This document shows, one piece after another, positions 47,001 to 54,766 of a stretch of DNA of 64,000 nt. Origin of the DNA: Candidatus Saccharimonadia bacterium. Its GTDB lineage: Bacteria; Patescibacteriota; SICC01. Both the position numbers and the translations under genes were made by a program. The notes under the pieces were generated by a model. It was not told the DNA's origin, did no database searches, and saw nothing but the letters and a program-made list of their open reading frames with translations. The first letter of the stretch is position 1. Every line of letters begins with the position of its first letter. The stretch spans positions 219,406-283,405 of the forward strand of contig JANWJF010000001.1 of NCBI GenBank assembly GCA_025449535.1. The letters are read 5' to 3'.

Positions 47001-50000
47001 TTCGCTGCGTTGAAGGTGTTACCCTGGACCGTGACGTTGCTAGAGAGTCGAGCATCAGCCAAGGTGCCAGTGCTAATGTTCGAGGCGTTCAGGTAGTAAC
47101 TAGCCGCTTGGCTGTTCAGCTGAGAAGCATTTACATTCGACAATTGAGATCCGTCACCAACGAACCCCGATGCCGTGACGTTGTTATCGAAGTAGTAGCC
47201 ACTACCGCCGGTCCCGTCATAGTAGAGACTTCCGCCGACATCTCCGAAGTAAATCACGGCGTCGGACGGGGCCCCGTTCAATGAAAGCGAGAGACTGCCC
47301 GGATCAGCGGCGGCATAGCCGCTCGTACCGACGGCAACTGAGTCATCCGTCCGTAATTCGTCCGCTGCGCTCCGGTAGAGGTTCGCGTCCCCGCCGATGG
47401 TCAGTCCGACGTTTGCAGTGGTATTCGAAAGTTGGAACGTGGTCTTGCCGCCGTTATTGGTGACGCTCTGCGAAGTCGAGAAGGCGTTGTTGATGTTCTT
47501 GAGGGCGACGTTCGAGCTCAGGCGTCCATCAGCCAGCGTACCCGAGCTGATGTTGCTGGCGTTCAGGTTGGTAAGGCTTGCACCAGAGCCTGCCAGGCCA
47601 CTGATCGTGACCGCGCCGGTCGAAGTGTTCACATTGATCAGGTCAGTGCTGTCTGACTTCTGCACTCGGAAAGCGTTGGCCGCGTCAACGCTGTTCTTAA
47701 AAAGGGCATTGCCGCCACTGCCGCTTAGGCTGAAGACGGTGGCTAGGCTATTCACGCTCGTACCGCTGGATCCCGGTTTGGCAATCTGGAAGTTCAGGTC
47801 ACCGCCAACTCCGCTGCCAGTACCCTTACCGCCAGCAAAGGTAAGCGAGGCTCCGGCGGTGTTAGTTGCTCCGGCAGGCACCCCGGTGGCGTTCAGGGTG
47901 AAGCTGACCGGCGCGACGTTAGTAACACCATTGCCGATGTAGGCAGATTGGATGTTGTCGAACGAACTCCCGCCGCCAATCACCAGCTGGTTACCTGCGG
48001 TGGTAGTGGCTTCTCGTCCAATAGCAACGCTTCCGGCAAAAGACGCGTTTGCCTGATACCCGAGAGCGGCCGTGTTATTCGCAGAGACAGACTGTCCGCC
48101 AATTGCTATGCTGCTTCCTGACGAGCTCGCAGAGTTTCCGGCGGCTATACTGTTACCAGAACTAGTAGCAGACACGCCAATGGCGACACCGCCGTTTGCG
48201 TCGGTACTAGTCTGGTTTCCGATGGAAGTACCAGCAGAGCTGGTGTTGTAACCGAGCGCAACCGCTGAGTTTCCGGTAACCGTGGCTCCGTAGCCGACCG
48301 CGGTACCTCGCAGGAATGTGCTAGTAGTCGAACCGGCCCCGAAGCGTTCACTGTTGGCACCACTGCCCGGACTGGAGAGAGTCCCGGCCACGGTCAGGCT
48401 GTCATCGGTCTTGAGCGTATCCGCCGCACTCCGATAGAGGTTGGAATCCCCACCGATCGTCAGGCCGGTGTCAGTGCCTGTGTTGGTGAGTGCCAGGGTG
48501 GTCTTGCCGCCGGCGTTAGTGATGCTCTGGCTGGTCGAGAAGGCGTTGTTGATGTTCTTGAGGGCGACGTTCGAAGACAGACGGGCATCGGCCAAGCTGC
48601 CGCTCGAGATGCTCGAGGCATTCAGGTTGGTCAATGCGCTGCCGTTTAACGCCGGCAGGTTCCCCGAACCATCCAGCTGGACCAGCTTGCTGGCGGCATT
48701 GAAGGTGTTGCCTTGCAAGGTGACGTTACTTGAGAGCCGCGCGTCATCCAATGTCCCGCTTGAGATGTTGCTGGCGTTCAGGTTGGTCAGACTGGCTCCG
48801 GAGCCGGCCAAGCCAGTGATGGTAACCGCACCGGTCGAGGTATTCACGTTGATCAGGTCGGTACTATCGGACTTCTGGACCCGGAAGGCGTTGGCCGCAT
48901 CGGCACTGTTCTTGAAGAGGGCAGCCCCGCCGGTGCCGTTCAGGCTGAAGACGGTGGCGAGTGCATTAGCGGCAGATCCGCTGCCATCAGGCTTAGCAAT
49001 TTGGAAGTTAAGGTCTCCACCAGCTGCGGAGCCAGTACCCTTACCGCCGGCAATCGCGACCGATGCTCCAGCGATATTCGTGCCCGAACCACCGGTACCG
49101 TTCAGGGTGAAGCCGACGGGCGTGGCGTTGGTGACGCCGTTGCCGATGTAGGCAGATTGGATGTGATCCGCCGCGCTGCCGCTGGAGGTGCTACCGCCGA
49201 TTACCAACTGGTTGGCCGCAGTGGTAACAGCTTCCGCGCCCAAAGCGATGCTGCCGCCGAAGTTTCCGACGTTACTGTTGTAACCGATGGCGATGGCGCG
49301 GGTCGAGCTTCCGCCACTGCCGCTCTGGGTCGCACCATACCCGATGGCGATCGTCTGGGTGGCGCTGACGCTGGCGTTGCGGCCAAGGGCAATACTATTG
49401 TCGGCTGCCGCGCTGGCGCTCGCGGAGTTACCAATCGCCACGGCGTGACTGCCGGCAGCGTTTGCCGAAGGGCCAAGTACCGTGACAGAAGCGGCGCTGG
49501 CCGATGCACTGCGCCCAACCACCACGGCGTCAACTGAGGAACCGGAACTGCCGCCACCTGCATTTGCGCCGATGATCACAGCATTACTCGAACGAGCGCC
49601 AGTTTGATATCCAATTGCCGTGGCGCCAGTAGCCTCAGCCAGAGCACCGTTACCGACCGCCAAAGAGTTTCCAAAGCTGCTGGTGCTCGCTCCTGACCCA
49701 AAGCGCTCACTGCCGCTGGCGCTGCCTGGGCTGGTAATCCCATTCTGGAATGTATTCAGAGCAGTGAACGTGTTAGCCGCATTCTTGAGCGCTACGTTCG
49801 AGCTCAGCCGGGCGTCCCCCAACGTGCCGGAGCTGATGTTGCTGGCGTTCAGATCGGTCAGCCCCGATCCGATTCCGGAGATCACGCCCGACGCGCTGAG
49901 GTTAGTTACGTTCACCGCCGTTGACCCCGTCGTATCGACGCTCAGCGGAGCAATGGTTCCGTCCGTGTTCTTGACCGTCAGGGCCACGCTGGAATCCTCG

Positions 50001-51847
50001 GTTGCCCGGAATTGGATCGGCTGGTTGAGTTCGAACTGTTTGAGCGTGGCGTTCCAGTGAAGCACCGCGTTGTGAGATACGGTGCCGAGATAGAAGATCA
50101 GGTCGGCACTTTCGGCATCGGGAGAGACGTTATCGGCATTGACGGTAAAGCTCGAAGCGTCAGTGCCGGCAATCCCGGTCGAGATAGCCTCGATGTTGTT
50201 GGCCGAGATCGTATCGGCATGGACGTTCTGGATGTAGCCGTCCTGGAAGAAGGTGCCAGCCGATCCAAGCGCTTTGGTCTGGTCGGTCGGCACGATGTCG
50301 GTATCAACCTTCGCGTTGAAGCTAACCGTGTCGGCGTCATTGGCCCCGAGGGTGACGTTGCCGCCAAAGACGTTGTCGTTCGTAAAGGTGTTCGCGGCGT
50401 CTTTGAACGGGACGTTCGAAGAAAGCCGGACGTCGGCCAGGATTCCGGAAGCGACGTTCGAGGCGTCGAGGTTCGTGACCTGCGATCCGTCAGCGACCAG
50501 GCCGTTGACGTTGACCGCTCCAGTCAGGGTATTCACGTTGATCAGATCGGTGCCTACGGCGTCTTTCACTTGGAAGGCACTGAATCCGTCGAAAGTATTC
50601 TGGAAGACCGGTGACCCGGTGAACGTCTGGGAGGCGTTGAGCAACGCGACGTTGCCGGTCAGCGCCGAATCGGACACCTTGCCGGCGCTGGAAATGGTGT
50701 CGAGCTTGTCGTCGGAGATGCCCCCGAGCAGCTCGGCGTTCTCGATCGTCTGGCCGAGCTTGGAGACGGCGTCCGACAGCCGGCCGTCGGCCAGCGTCCC
50801 GCTGGCGATGTTGCCGGCGTCGAGGTTCGTGACCTGGGAACCGTCGGCGGCCAGGCCGCTCACACTGACGGCGCCGGTCAGGGTGTCGACGTTAATCAGG
50901 TCGGTGCCGTTCGACTGCTGGACGCGGAACGCGCCGTCGCCGTCGACGGCCGGCCGGAAGACGGGGGTGCCGCTAAAGGTCTGGGAGGCGTTGAGCAGCG
51001 CGACGTTGCCGGTCAGCCGGCTCTCGGCCAGCGTCCCGCTGGCGATGTTGCCGGCGTCGAGACCGGTCAGGCCGGACCCTTCACCGGAAACGCTGGAGCC
51101 GCGGATGCTTCCGGTCACGTAGAGGTTGCCCTCCTCCGGGGTCCCGTCCGACTCCTGCAGGCTGACGCAGCTGCCATGGGGACAGACCGGCACGTCCGCC
51201 GTCTGTCCTCGAGCTCCCTGGGTCCCGGGCTGGCCCGGTTGCCCGGCCGGCCCGTCGGTGACGCTGATTGACCGTCCGGCCGTGCCAGCCTTCTGGGTCA
51301 CGCTGATGGCGAACGTGGTCTTGCCTTCGACCCGGGCACCTTCGGACAACCGGCCGACCAGTTGGTATTTCCCATTCTTGGCAAGCTGGTCGCCGATGAG
51401 TACGCCGACCACCCTGCCCTCGCTGTTCGTGTTCATCGTGAACTGGCTGGTCTTGCCGTCGGGACGGACCAGCGCGAAGTCCACCGGCGTGTCCTTGGCC
51501 GGGGTACCATCGTCCTTCTGGATCGGGTTGGTGACGAACGGCAGGTTCTGCGCCAGGGAGCCGCTGGAGATGTAGATCTCGATCGACTTGGAGGCCACGC
51601 CGGGCTGCGGGTACGGGGTCGGTGAACCGTCCGGGGCAGGATAGGCGATGCCGGTCTGCGGCAGTTCGTCAGGGATCTCCGAAGGATTCACGAGCTCGGC
51701 GATCTGCTGGCTTCCCGCCACCGCGCCGGTGGTCACCATCGCGGAGGCCGCGAGGATCGTCGCTACCCGGAGCTTGGGATCGTCCGGAAGGTGGCGCACT
51801 ATCGCCCGGACTCCGGCTGTGATTTTCGTTTTGATTGTTTCGAGCAT
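44054..51847 (-). CDS. Giant (about 2600 aa) secreted beta-helical/tandem-repeat surface protein with a collagen-like triplet segment and a coiled-coil region
   Basis: Signal-like N-terminus (MLETIKTK...RVATILAASAMVTTGAVAGS). GPAGQPGQPGTQGARGQ triplets. At least a dozen repeats of ...LNASNISSGTLADARLSSNVALKN.... Lys/Glu-rich coiled coil near the C-terminus. Start set at 51847, because the track's upstream Met lies inside the promoter. Confidence 0.8.
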   Translation of the reverse strand: MLETIKTKITAGVRAIVRHLPDDPKLRVATILAASAMVTTGAVAGSQQIAELVNPSEIPDELPQTGIAYPAPDGSPTPYPQPGVASKSIEIYISSGSLAQNLPFVTNPIQKDDGTPAKDTPVDFALVRPDGKTSQFTMNTNSEGRVVGVLIGDQLAKNGKYQLVGRLSEGARVEGKTTFAISVTQKAGTAGRSISVTDGPAGQPGQPGTQGARGQTADVPVCPHGSCVSLQESDGTPEEGNLYVTGSIRGSSVSGEGSGLTGLDAGNIASGTLAESRLTGNVALLNASQTFSGTPVFRPAVDGDGAFRVQQSNGTDLINVDTLTGAVSVSGLAADGSQVTNLDAGNIASGTLADGRLSDAVSKLGQTIENAELLGGISDDKLDTISSAGKVSDSALTGNVALLNASQTFTGSPVFQNTFDGFSAFQVKDAVGTDLINVNTLTGAVNVNGLVADGSQVTNLDASNVASGILADVRLSSNVPFKDAANTFTNDNVFGGNVTLGANDADTVSFNAKVDTDIVPTDQTKALGSAGTFFQDGYIQNVHADTISANNIEAISTGIAGTDASSFTVNADNVSPDAESADLIFYLGTVSHNAVLHWNATLKQFELNQPIQFRATEDSSVALTVKNTDGTIAPLSVDTTGSTAVNVTNLSASGVISGIGSGLTDLNASNISSGTLGDARLSSNVALKNAANTFTALNTFQNGITSPGSASGSERFGSGASTSSFGNSLAVGNGALAEATGATAIGYQTGARSSNAVIIGANAGGGSSGSSVDAVVVGRSASASAASVTVLGPSANAAGSHAVAIGNSASASAAADNSIALGRNASVSATQTIAIGYGATQSGSGGSSTRAIAIGYNSNVGNFGGSIALGAEAVTTAANQLVIGGSTSSGSAADHIQSAYIGNGVTNATPVGFTLNGTGGSGTNIAGASVAIAGGKGTGSAAGGDLNFQIAKPDGSGSAANALATVFSLNGTGGAALFKNSADAANAFRVQKSDSTDLINVNTSTGAVTITGLAGSGASLTNLNASNISSGTLDDARLSSNVTLQGNTFNAASKLVQLDGSGNLPALNGSALTNLNASSISSGSLADARLSSNVALKNINNAFSTSQSITNAGGKTTLALTNTGTDTGLTIGGDSNLYRSAADTLKTDDSLTVAGTLSSPGSGANSERFGAGSTTSTFLRGTAVGYGATVTGNSAVALGYNTSSAGTSIGNQTSTDANGGVAIGVSATSSGNSIAAGNSASSSGSSIAIGGQSVSANNTAALGYQANASFAGSVAIGREATTTAGNQLVIGGGSSFDNIQSAYIGNGVTNVAPVSFTLNATGVPAGATNTAGASLTFAGGKGTGSGVGGDLNFQIAKPGSSGTSVNSLATVFSLSGSGGNALFKNSVDAANAFRVQKSDSTDLINVNTSTGAVTISGLAGSGASLTNLNASNISSGTLADGRLSSNVALKNINNAFSTSQSVTNNGGKTTFQLSNTTANVGLTIGGDANLYRSAADELRTDDSVAVGTSGYAAADPGSLSLSLNGAPSDAVIYFGDVGGSLYYDGTGGSGYYFDNNVTASGFVGDGSQLSNVNASQLNSQAASYYLNASNISTGTLADARLSSNVTVQGNTFNAANKLVQLDGSGNLPALNGSALTNLDAANLTGTLGALNGSNLTNLNATQLTSGFVPDARLSANVALLGAANVFTNSQTINNNGGKTTLALSNTTADVGLTIGGDTNLYRSAADTLKSDDSLTIQGTISSPGSGSNSEHFGASSTTSTFTSALAVGKSATITANNGTALGASAISGALSVAIGDSAVANNTSGNSASVAVGSGAAANASTGQNSVAIGRSATATGNSSVIIGDSATQSGSGPNNSIAIGANAALSNLSNSIVIGRSATATATNQLVIGSNSTSIQDAYIGNGVTNNSAAAVTLNATGSSTSISNGAGAALNLAGGKNTGNNAAGGKINFQTGTPGASGGVAQTLATRVSISAGTDGLTFGSAGDTNLYRSTTDTLKTDDAFVASVAGTAGTFDRKSTDGTIVSLQQDGAEEGTISVSGTTVSYNAFTGSHYADAKESIDRGMLVTQTGANDTQNDKPGAEVVYGIKRSTQANDPKVMGSYLSVLNPKEKGGKKNRPESNSNPSLVMAVGNGEVWITDTGKDLGPGDNLISSGVAGHAQMDPGTYPVSHVIAKVAEPVDWGKVEETVDQDGKKVKHKKVSVFFGAFDKTNVEPAVDEVRKGIKRVEEEAAKKGKANTDAISRLTEDVDKLVEDVDKTVAEQVENLKKSVSDLGKQVEELAGRISGAETAAGEAKRSADEASKKAGEAGGRVADLESKVEDLEGRPASSGEAVQPGADAGEIDKVNTRIDDLRDDAIAADKERATQVDERLKGLQGEIDQLKQSRASVGADEGTVRRISQDAGPYPTPDLAIPAVNQASATGVAAAVQGTSAQSVSLGEGGVTLQAGSVKTAELADGAVTSAKFKPGRVDYKLEQGDDLEVDKREFSDIGEGYRYRSGKSAEVLLLNARLMAKTTDPEAPVNVRIVVEVDGEEQVCGESFESSVDWSTISVPCSVELPADKEVTIKWQIRTDEGGTAFVYRKSATTTPYVNGFASAR
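46650..49250. repeat. Long (about 1.0-1.2 kb period) near-identical tandem DNA repeats inside the giant gene
   Basis: Antisense ORFs at 47397.. and 48441.. share near-identical stretches (LVRLAPEPA.P..VTAPVEVFTLIRSVLSDF.TRKALAAS.LFLKRA.PP.P.RLKTVA), which implies near-identical nucleotide blocks. Confidence 0.5.
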
Positions 51848-51891
51848 TATGCTGCGGTTTTTCTTCTCGCTCGCTTTCCGAAAATTAACCA

Positions 51892-51920
51892 ATAGTACCA
51901 AAAATTTGCGCAAATGTCAA
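51892..51920 (-). promoter_or_regulatory. Consensus sigma70-like promoter for the giant gene with a palindromic spacer
   Basis: Minus strand TTGACA-N17-TACTAT. The spacer contains the perfect 10-bp palindrome TTTGCGCAAA. Sits about 45 nt upstream of the ATG at 51847. Confidence 0.5.
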
Positions 51921-52087
51921 GGTCGAAAGGGACGATTGAATAATCCATGTGTTCCCTTTGGGGGAATTACTCCGAGCACTATTTCCGAGCCAGTAGCGCC
52001 CGATCGAAATTCCGGCTTCGTTCGAACAAGAATCACGGACCCTCGACTATCGACTACCGACCCGCAAGCCTGTAATCTGGTTCTCGT

Positions 52088-52285
52088 ATGCCGAAAATGA
52101 AGACCCATTCCGGTACCGCGAAGCGGATCAAGACGACCGGCGGCGGCAAGCTGAAACGGCGCCGCGCCTACGTCTCGCACCTGCTCGAGCACAAGTCCGT
52201 CGCCCGGAAGCGCGCCAAGCATGGCGTCGACGACCTGGCCAAGGCGGATGTCCGCCGCGCCCGTAAGCTGCTGGGAGAAGGCTAA
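52088..52285 (+). CDS. rpmI: 50S ribosomal protein L35
   Basis: MPKMKTHSGTAKRIKTTGGGKLKRRRA. Confidence 0.9.
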   Translation: MPKMKTHSGTAKRIKTTGGGKLKRRRAYVSHLLEHKSVARKRAKHGVDDLAKADVRRARKLLGEG

Positions 52286-52287
52286 CC

Positions 52288-52686
52288 ATGACCCGCGTGA
52301 AACGGGGTGTGACCGCCCACCGCCGCCACAAGCGTGTCCTGCGCCAGACCAAGGGGTACCGGGGCCTGCGGCGCCATTCGATCAAGAAGGCCCGCGAGGC
52401 GCTGCTCAAGGCCTGGAGCCATGCCTACCGCGACCGCCGCACGCGTAAGCGCGACTTCCGTCGCCTCTGGATCCAGCGGATCAACGCCGGCGCACGCCAG
52501 CACGGCCTCAGCTACTCACGGTTCATGGCCGGCGCCAAGGCGGCCGGCATCGAGCTGAATCGGAAGATGCTCGCCGACATCGCGTACAACGACCCGCAGG
52601 CGTTCGCGGCGATCGCCAAGCAGGCCAAGGAAGGCCTCAAGAAGGCCCCCGCCAAGGACGCGGACAAAAAGACCGCGGCTAAGTAG
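52288..52686 (+). CDS. rplT: 50S ribosomal protein L20
   Basis: MTRVKRGVTAHRRHKRVLRQTKGYRG... Confidence 0.9.
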   Translation: MTRVKRGVTAHRRHKRVLRQTKGYRGLRRHSIKKAREALLKAWSHAYRDRRTRKRDFRRLWIQRINAGARQHGLSYSRFMAGAKAAGIELNRKMLADIAYNDPQAFAAIAKQAKEGLKKAPAKDADKKTAAK

Positions 52687-52749
52687 CTTCCGCGCCCACC
52701 GAGGCTTCGCCTGGGCATGAAAACGCGGTACATTAGGATTTGTTGACTA

Positions 52750-52821
52750 GGCCCCATCGTCTAGCGGCTAGGACGCCAGGTTCTCATCCTGGAAACCGGA
52801 GTTCGATTCTCCGTGGGGTCA
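52750..52821 (+). tRNA. tRNA-Glu (CTC)
   Basis: GGCCCCATCGTCTAGCGGCTAGGACGCCAGGTTCTCATCCTGG...GGAGTTCGATTCTCCGTGGGGTCA folds as a cloverleaf with anticodon loop TTCTCAT. Confidence 0.75.
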
Positions 52822-52949
52822 CACTGTGAAGCGGCTCGGCCTTGTGCCGGGACGGTTCACATTGGTTCCATGATCGAGAGGCGGGTCCGAAGATCCGATC
52901 ATATTGATTTTGGTTGAAAAATATCCTTTACTATGGTACTTTTACTTAA

Positions 52950-52997
52950 TTTCTTTAAAGCAAAAAGTATGACCCTCTTTAAAGCAAAAAGTATGAC
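52950..52997. repeat. Perfect 2 x 24-bp direct repeat spanning the start codon of the downstream gene
   Basis: TTTAAAGCAAAAAGTATGACCC occurs twice 24 bp apart, each copy with an in-frame ATG, in a lower-GC stretch downstream of tRNA-Glu. Confidence 0.6.
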
Positions 52998-53841
52998 CCA
53001 CCCCGAACGAGGAATACATCCTGAACACTTATCCCCGGAAGAGATGCGACAAGCACTCGTCGAACACGGCTGGGAACAAGTTGCCGAAGACGGCGTTCCG
53101 TTCTTCAAGCGTGAATATCCTCGAGTCAACGAGACGCTAGGTGGCCAGGAGTGGCGCAAGATAGTCATGGGTTTTAGTCATGTAAAGGAGGGTTCCGAAC
53201 TGCCTCCCGGGCAGATGATTAGCATGGCCGGGAACGATACCGAGGCGACCGTTCAAATCGCTGGAGATTCAGAAAACAGGTCCGACCTCACTAAAGCGTT
53301 CTTGCTTGATAGGTACCTACGCAGTCAGGGTTTCGAGGAAATGGATGAGTCATTGCTGACTGACTGGTTAACGCTCAAGGGCGAGCTCGGTGCGCCAGAA
53401 CGGGAAAGCCGGGAGTTCTACGAGCAGGACCCTCGGGCAGCCGAATTGCGGGAACTATGCCTCGAAGCGATCGAGGAGTATCAAAAAGTCATCATTTCTG
53501 AAGGTACCGAAGGTCCGGCAATTGAGGCCCTGCTCGACCTCAACCAACGGATGGAAGAACTAGGCATTAAGCCTGACATGCACGCTGGCAGGAAGGCGGT
53601 AGAGCTCGTTGATCCGGTCAGTGTGGCCGAGTGGGCGGCAGGCCAGCTTCGAAACCTCCTGACCAAAGGCTATGGCTTCTCTGACCGGGTCAGGGCCCTA
53701 CTGCAGGAACACGACCTACTGGGTGGCGAGGGCGACGGTACGATGGCCATAGATACGAAAGCTTCGCCGGAAGCCGGTGACGCTGCTAACTTGGTTCAGA
53801 TACTTGACCGGCTGGCTCAGAAGCTCGGCCGAGACGATTAA
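52993..53841 (+). CDS. Hypothetical protein (about 283 aa) in a lower-GC region after tRNA-Glu
   Basis: ORF starts in either repeat copy (ATG at 52969 or 52993). Acidic helical protein with no recognised motif. Confidence 0.45.
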   Translation: MTHPERGIHPEHLSPEEMRQALVEHGWEQVAEDGVPFFKREYPRVNETLGGQEWRKIVMGFSHVKEGSELPPGQMISMAGNDTEATVQIAGDSENRSDLTKAFLLDRYLRSQGFEEMDESLLTDWLTLKGELGAPERESREFYEQDPRAAELRELCLEAIEEYQKVIISEGTEGPAIEALLDLNQRMEELGIKPDMHAGRKAVELVDPVSVAEWAAGQLRNLLTKGYGFSDRVRALLQEHDLLGGEGDGTMAIDTKASPEAGDAANLVQILDRLAQKLGRDD

Positions 53842-53900
53842 GCGGGCAACTCAAGAGCCGGCCGCTTTCGCGGCCGACTTTTCAGCGTCTTACTGAAGCC

Positions 53901-54383
53901 CTAGCAGACGACCCAGGGCTGCGAGCCGTGCTTGGCGTACAGTTCCTGCGCGAACTTGTCCTGTACGCTCGCAGGAGCGTCTCCGGCGCGCTGGTAGCCA
54001 CCATAGCCGCCCCAGGTGCCGTTCAGCACCTGATACGCGCCTGAGGCAGTGCTACTGGGGTTCTGGGCGCGATAATCGCCGCCCGACTCGCGCTGCTTGA
54101 TCACGTCCAGGCCGCAACCGCCTCCGCCACCGCCGGATGACTGTTGGACGGCCGGCTGCGCGACCGCTTCCGGTTCGGGCTGGACCTTCACGACCTTGCG
54201 GACGACGATCGGATCGACCTTCGACGCTTCCACTGCCGCCGGGTTGAGGTCCGGCACGTTGGCGACGAACCCTTGGCTCGCGGCCGCGTCGGCACCGGTG
54301 GACCCGAGACTCAGGACGGCAGCGGCAAGTACCGCTCCGCCGCGGCCTAATTTCGAAATCGTTTTGCTGTGTAGTGTTTTCAT
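53901..54383 (-). CDS. Secreted transglycosylase-like protein (Rpf/SLT-like domain)
   Basis: Signal peptide; C-terminal CGLDVIKQRESGGDYRAQNPSSTASGAYQVLNGTWGGYGGY. Strong SD AAGGAGG before the ATG at 54383. Confidence 0.65.
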   Translation of the reverse strand: MKTLHSKTISKLGRGGAVLAAAVLSLGSTGADAAASQGFVANVPDLNPAAVEASKVDPIVVRKVVKVQPEPEAVAQPAVQQSSGGGGGGCGLDVIKQRESGGDYRAQNPSSTASGAYQVLNGTWGGYGGYQRAGDAPASVQDKFAQELYAKHGSQPWVVC

Positions 54384-54415
54384 GGAGGGACCTCCTTGAA
54401 ATACGGTTACTGACT

Positions 54416-54442
54416 AAAAAACGTGTGCTCAAAGCGCACACG
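54416..54442 (-). terminator. Attenuator-like intrinsic terminator in the 5' leader of the rpf-like gene
   Basis: Minus strand CGTGTGC-GCTTTGA-GCACACG followed by TTTTTT, about 30 nt upstream of the SD. Confidence 0.45.
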
Positions 54443-54450
54443 AGTGCCAA

Positions 54451-54477
54451 CTTTAGCACAAGGTCCCAGCCTGTCAA
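54451..54477 (-). promoter_or_regulatory. Candidate promoter (TTGACA-N16-TAAAGT) within the AT-rich rpf-like leader
   Basis: Hexamers read on the minus strand; the predicted TSS falls just before the attenuator hairpin. Confidence 0.3.
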
Positions 54478-54725
54478 GAAATACGTGTTTTTTGCTTGGT
54501 TTAGATGTTTTTTAATCATTTTACGTATGCCTGGAATAATTTTTCGCTTAAATCGTGCGTGCGGCCTTAAAACACGCCCAATCCGACCCCGCCGGACCCT
54601 CCCGGACTGTGGAGAACTCGCCATACGCAAAAACCAAAAAAGACTTGGATAAGCCAAATATGATGTTTGTTGACAATGCCGGATAATCCCCGATTCCGAC
54701 GGTCGCACGCCGGAGTTGGAGTATG

Positions 54726-54750
54726 AAAAACCCCGCTCAGCGGGGTTTTT
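54726..54750. terminator. Bidirectional intrinsic terminator
   Basis: AAAAA-CCCCGC-TCA-GCGGGG-TTTTT, 12 nt past the stop of the 54767..55150 gene. Confidence 0.7.
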
Positions 54751-54766
54751 CACGTATATACGGGAC

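Noticed and set aside
44121-51575. Many plus-strand ORFs inside the giant gene (e.g. 44454..45377, 46161..46640, 47397..47942, 48441..49151, 50253..51122)
   Set aside because: They are mirror frames of the giant minus-strand CDS. They were used only as evidence of near-identical DNA tandem repeats.
51848-51913. Upstream Met (MRKFLVLLVNFRKASEKKNRSI) as start of the giant protein
   Set aside because: It lies in AT-rich DNA that contains the TTGACA-N17-TACTAT promoter for the same gene. The downstream Met begins a plausible signal peptide.
54374-54652. 92-aa plus-strand ORF in the AT-rich rpf leader
   Set aside because: Low-complexity translation of AT-rich sequence (FFAWFRCFLIIL…). The region is better explained as a regulatory leader.
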